From: Elsinoe ampelina
Taxonomy: Eukaryota
Assembly: GCA_010093995.1 (NCBI GenBank)
Contig: ML992502.1
Location: forward strand, 506,760 to 568,421
Direction: 5' to 3'
DNA: 61,662 nucleotides
Made by a program: the position numbers and the translations under genes. Of this stretch, positions 60,269-61,662 are shown one piece after another. The first letter of the stretch is position 1. Each line of letters starts with the position of its first letter. The notes below the pieces were generated by a model, which saw only the letters and a program-made list of their open reading frames with translations, was not told the DNA's origin and ran no database searches.

Positions 60269-60518
60269 CTATAACTATCTATCTTATAAAGGTAGCCTAT
60301 ATACTATTAATTATAACTAATCTAGTTAGCCTTAGGAGGTTTATTAATAGTAGAGTCTATTAAAACACTTAAACTATAGAAATTAGCTACAAAGGAAAAG
60401 TACTCTTCTTAGTTACACTAAAGCATAACTAATATATACTAGAGGATAACTCTAAAGCTCTCTATATTACTACTATATTAAGGAAAGATAATCCTTAACT
60501 ATTAGCCTTTACTATAGT

Positions 60519-60952
60519 NNNNNNNNNNNNNNNNNNNNNNNNNNNNNNNNNNNNNNNNNNNNNNNNNNNNNNNNNNNNNNNNNNNNNNNNNNNNNNNNNN
60601 NNNNNNNNNNNNNNNNNNNNNNNNNNNNNNNNNNNNNNNNNNNNNNNNNNNNNNNNNNNNNNNNNNNNNNNNNNNNNNNNNNNNNNNNNNNNNNNNNNNN
60701 NNNNNNNNNNNNNNNNNNNNNNNNNNNNNNNNNNNNNNNNNNNNNNNNNNNNNNNNNNNNNNNNNNNNNNNNNNNNNNNNNNNNNNNNNNNNNNNNNNNN
60801 NNNNNNNNNNNNNNNNNNNNNNNNNNNNNNNNNNNNNNNNNNNNNNNNNNNNNNNNNNNNNNNNNNNNNNNNNNNNNNNNNNNNNNNNNNNNNNNNNNNN
60901 NNNNNNNNNNNNNNNNNNNNNNNNNNNNNNNNNNNNNNNNNNNNNNNNNNNN
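60519..60952. other. Assembly gap
   Basis: Run of N. Confidence 1.
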
Positions 60953-61662
60953 CTATATTAAAGCTATTTAAGAGAACTACCTTTAATATTATTATTAATA
61001 GATTTACTAGCTATAATAAGGTAAGATATATAAGCCACTTTACTTATAGGACTACTAACTATTAACTAGTTGCTACCTATGCTTATAGATATAAGATTAA
61101 TAAAATCTGCATTAAGATAATCACTTATATTAAAAGTAATCTTAGCTTTAAAATTAGATTCCTTAGGAGTGACAATAAGAGGGCCTTTAGTCTTAAATTT
61201 ACTATCTTCCTAGATAGTAAAGGAATCTATTATAAGCTATCTACTCCCTATACTTAAGCTTAGAATAGTTACAATAAAAGGATAGAAGCTATACTATTAA
61301 GGAGAGTAAGGGCAATTACTATCTTTACTAATCTACTAAGGGAATTATACCCTAAACTATATAGATTAGTAGCCTATCTAATTAATAGAATACCTCTTAA
61401 GAAGCTAGACTAGAAGACTCCTTTTAAGCTAGTTTATAGATGCCCTCTATTAGTTACTTATCTTAGGCCACTTAGATATAAAGCTTATACTTTAGATAAG
61501 CTTATTATAAGTAGTAACAAGCTTATACTAAAGGCTTACATTAGCTATCTAGTTAGCTATAACTTAACTAACATCTTTAGGATCTTTATACTAGCCTCTA
61601 AGAAGGTTATTAGAATAAGAGATGTTAGATTTAATAAAACTTAGTTCTATAAGCTAGAGGAA

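Larger units (their letters stand above)
52577..61662 (+). mobile_element. Ty1/copia element 3, interrupted by gypsy copy B and assembly gaps, running off the window
   Basis: Probable LTR 52577-52705 (start tentative) followed by PBS-like GTTATAAGCC. Gag relic, protease SL*ILD at ~60165, integrase RFLRSDN and KAYISYLVSYNLTNIFRIF...RDVRFN. Confidence 0.85.

Overview
Filamentous ascomycete (Pezizomycotina, probably Dothideomycetes) genomic window with a bipartite structure. A GC-balanced island of about 26 kb (19.45-45.63 kb) holds 12 mostly housekeeping genes: a C2H2 finger protein, PAF1, NTE1, a BTB/coiled-coil protein, MCM10, RNase H2B, a TTL-family ligase, a DAACS/SDF symporter, UBC6, RPS14, TYR1 and an F-box-like protein. 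It lies between two AT-rich blocks of nested, RIP-mutated transposons: a Ty3/gypsy chromovirus family (one full copy, one edge-truncated copy and two variant fragments), a relic of a second chromovirus, three Ty1/copia elements, a TRIM, a hAT-type MITE and a foldback MITE. The most notable hidden feature is a box C/D snoRNA (snR13-like, antisense to the LSU rRNA) inside what appears to be an intron nested within TYR1 intron 1. Also notable are repeated ~1 kb C-rich-to-G-rich skew switches inside genes, an extra antisense ORF relic in a copia element, and gypsy variants sharing an LTR but with divergent internal regions. All calls come from manual reading; no searches were run.
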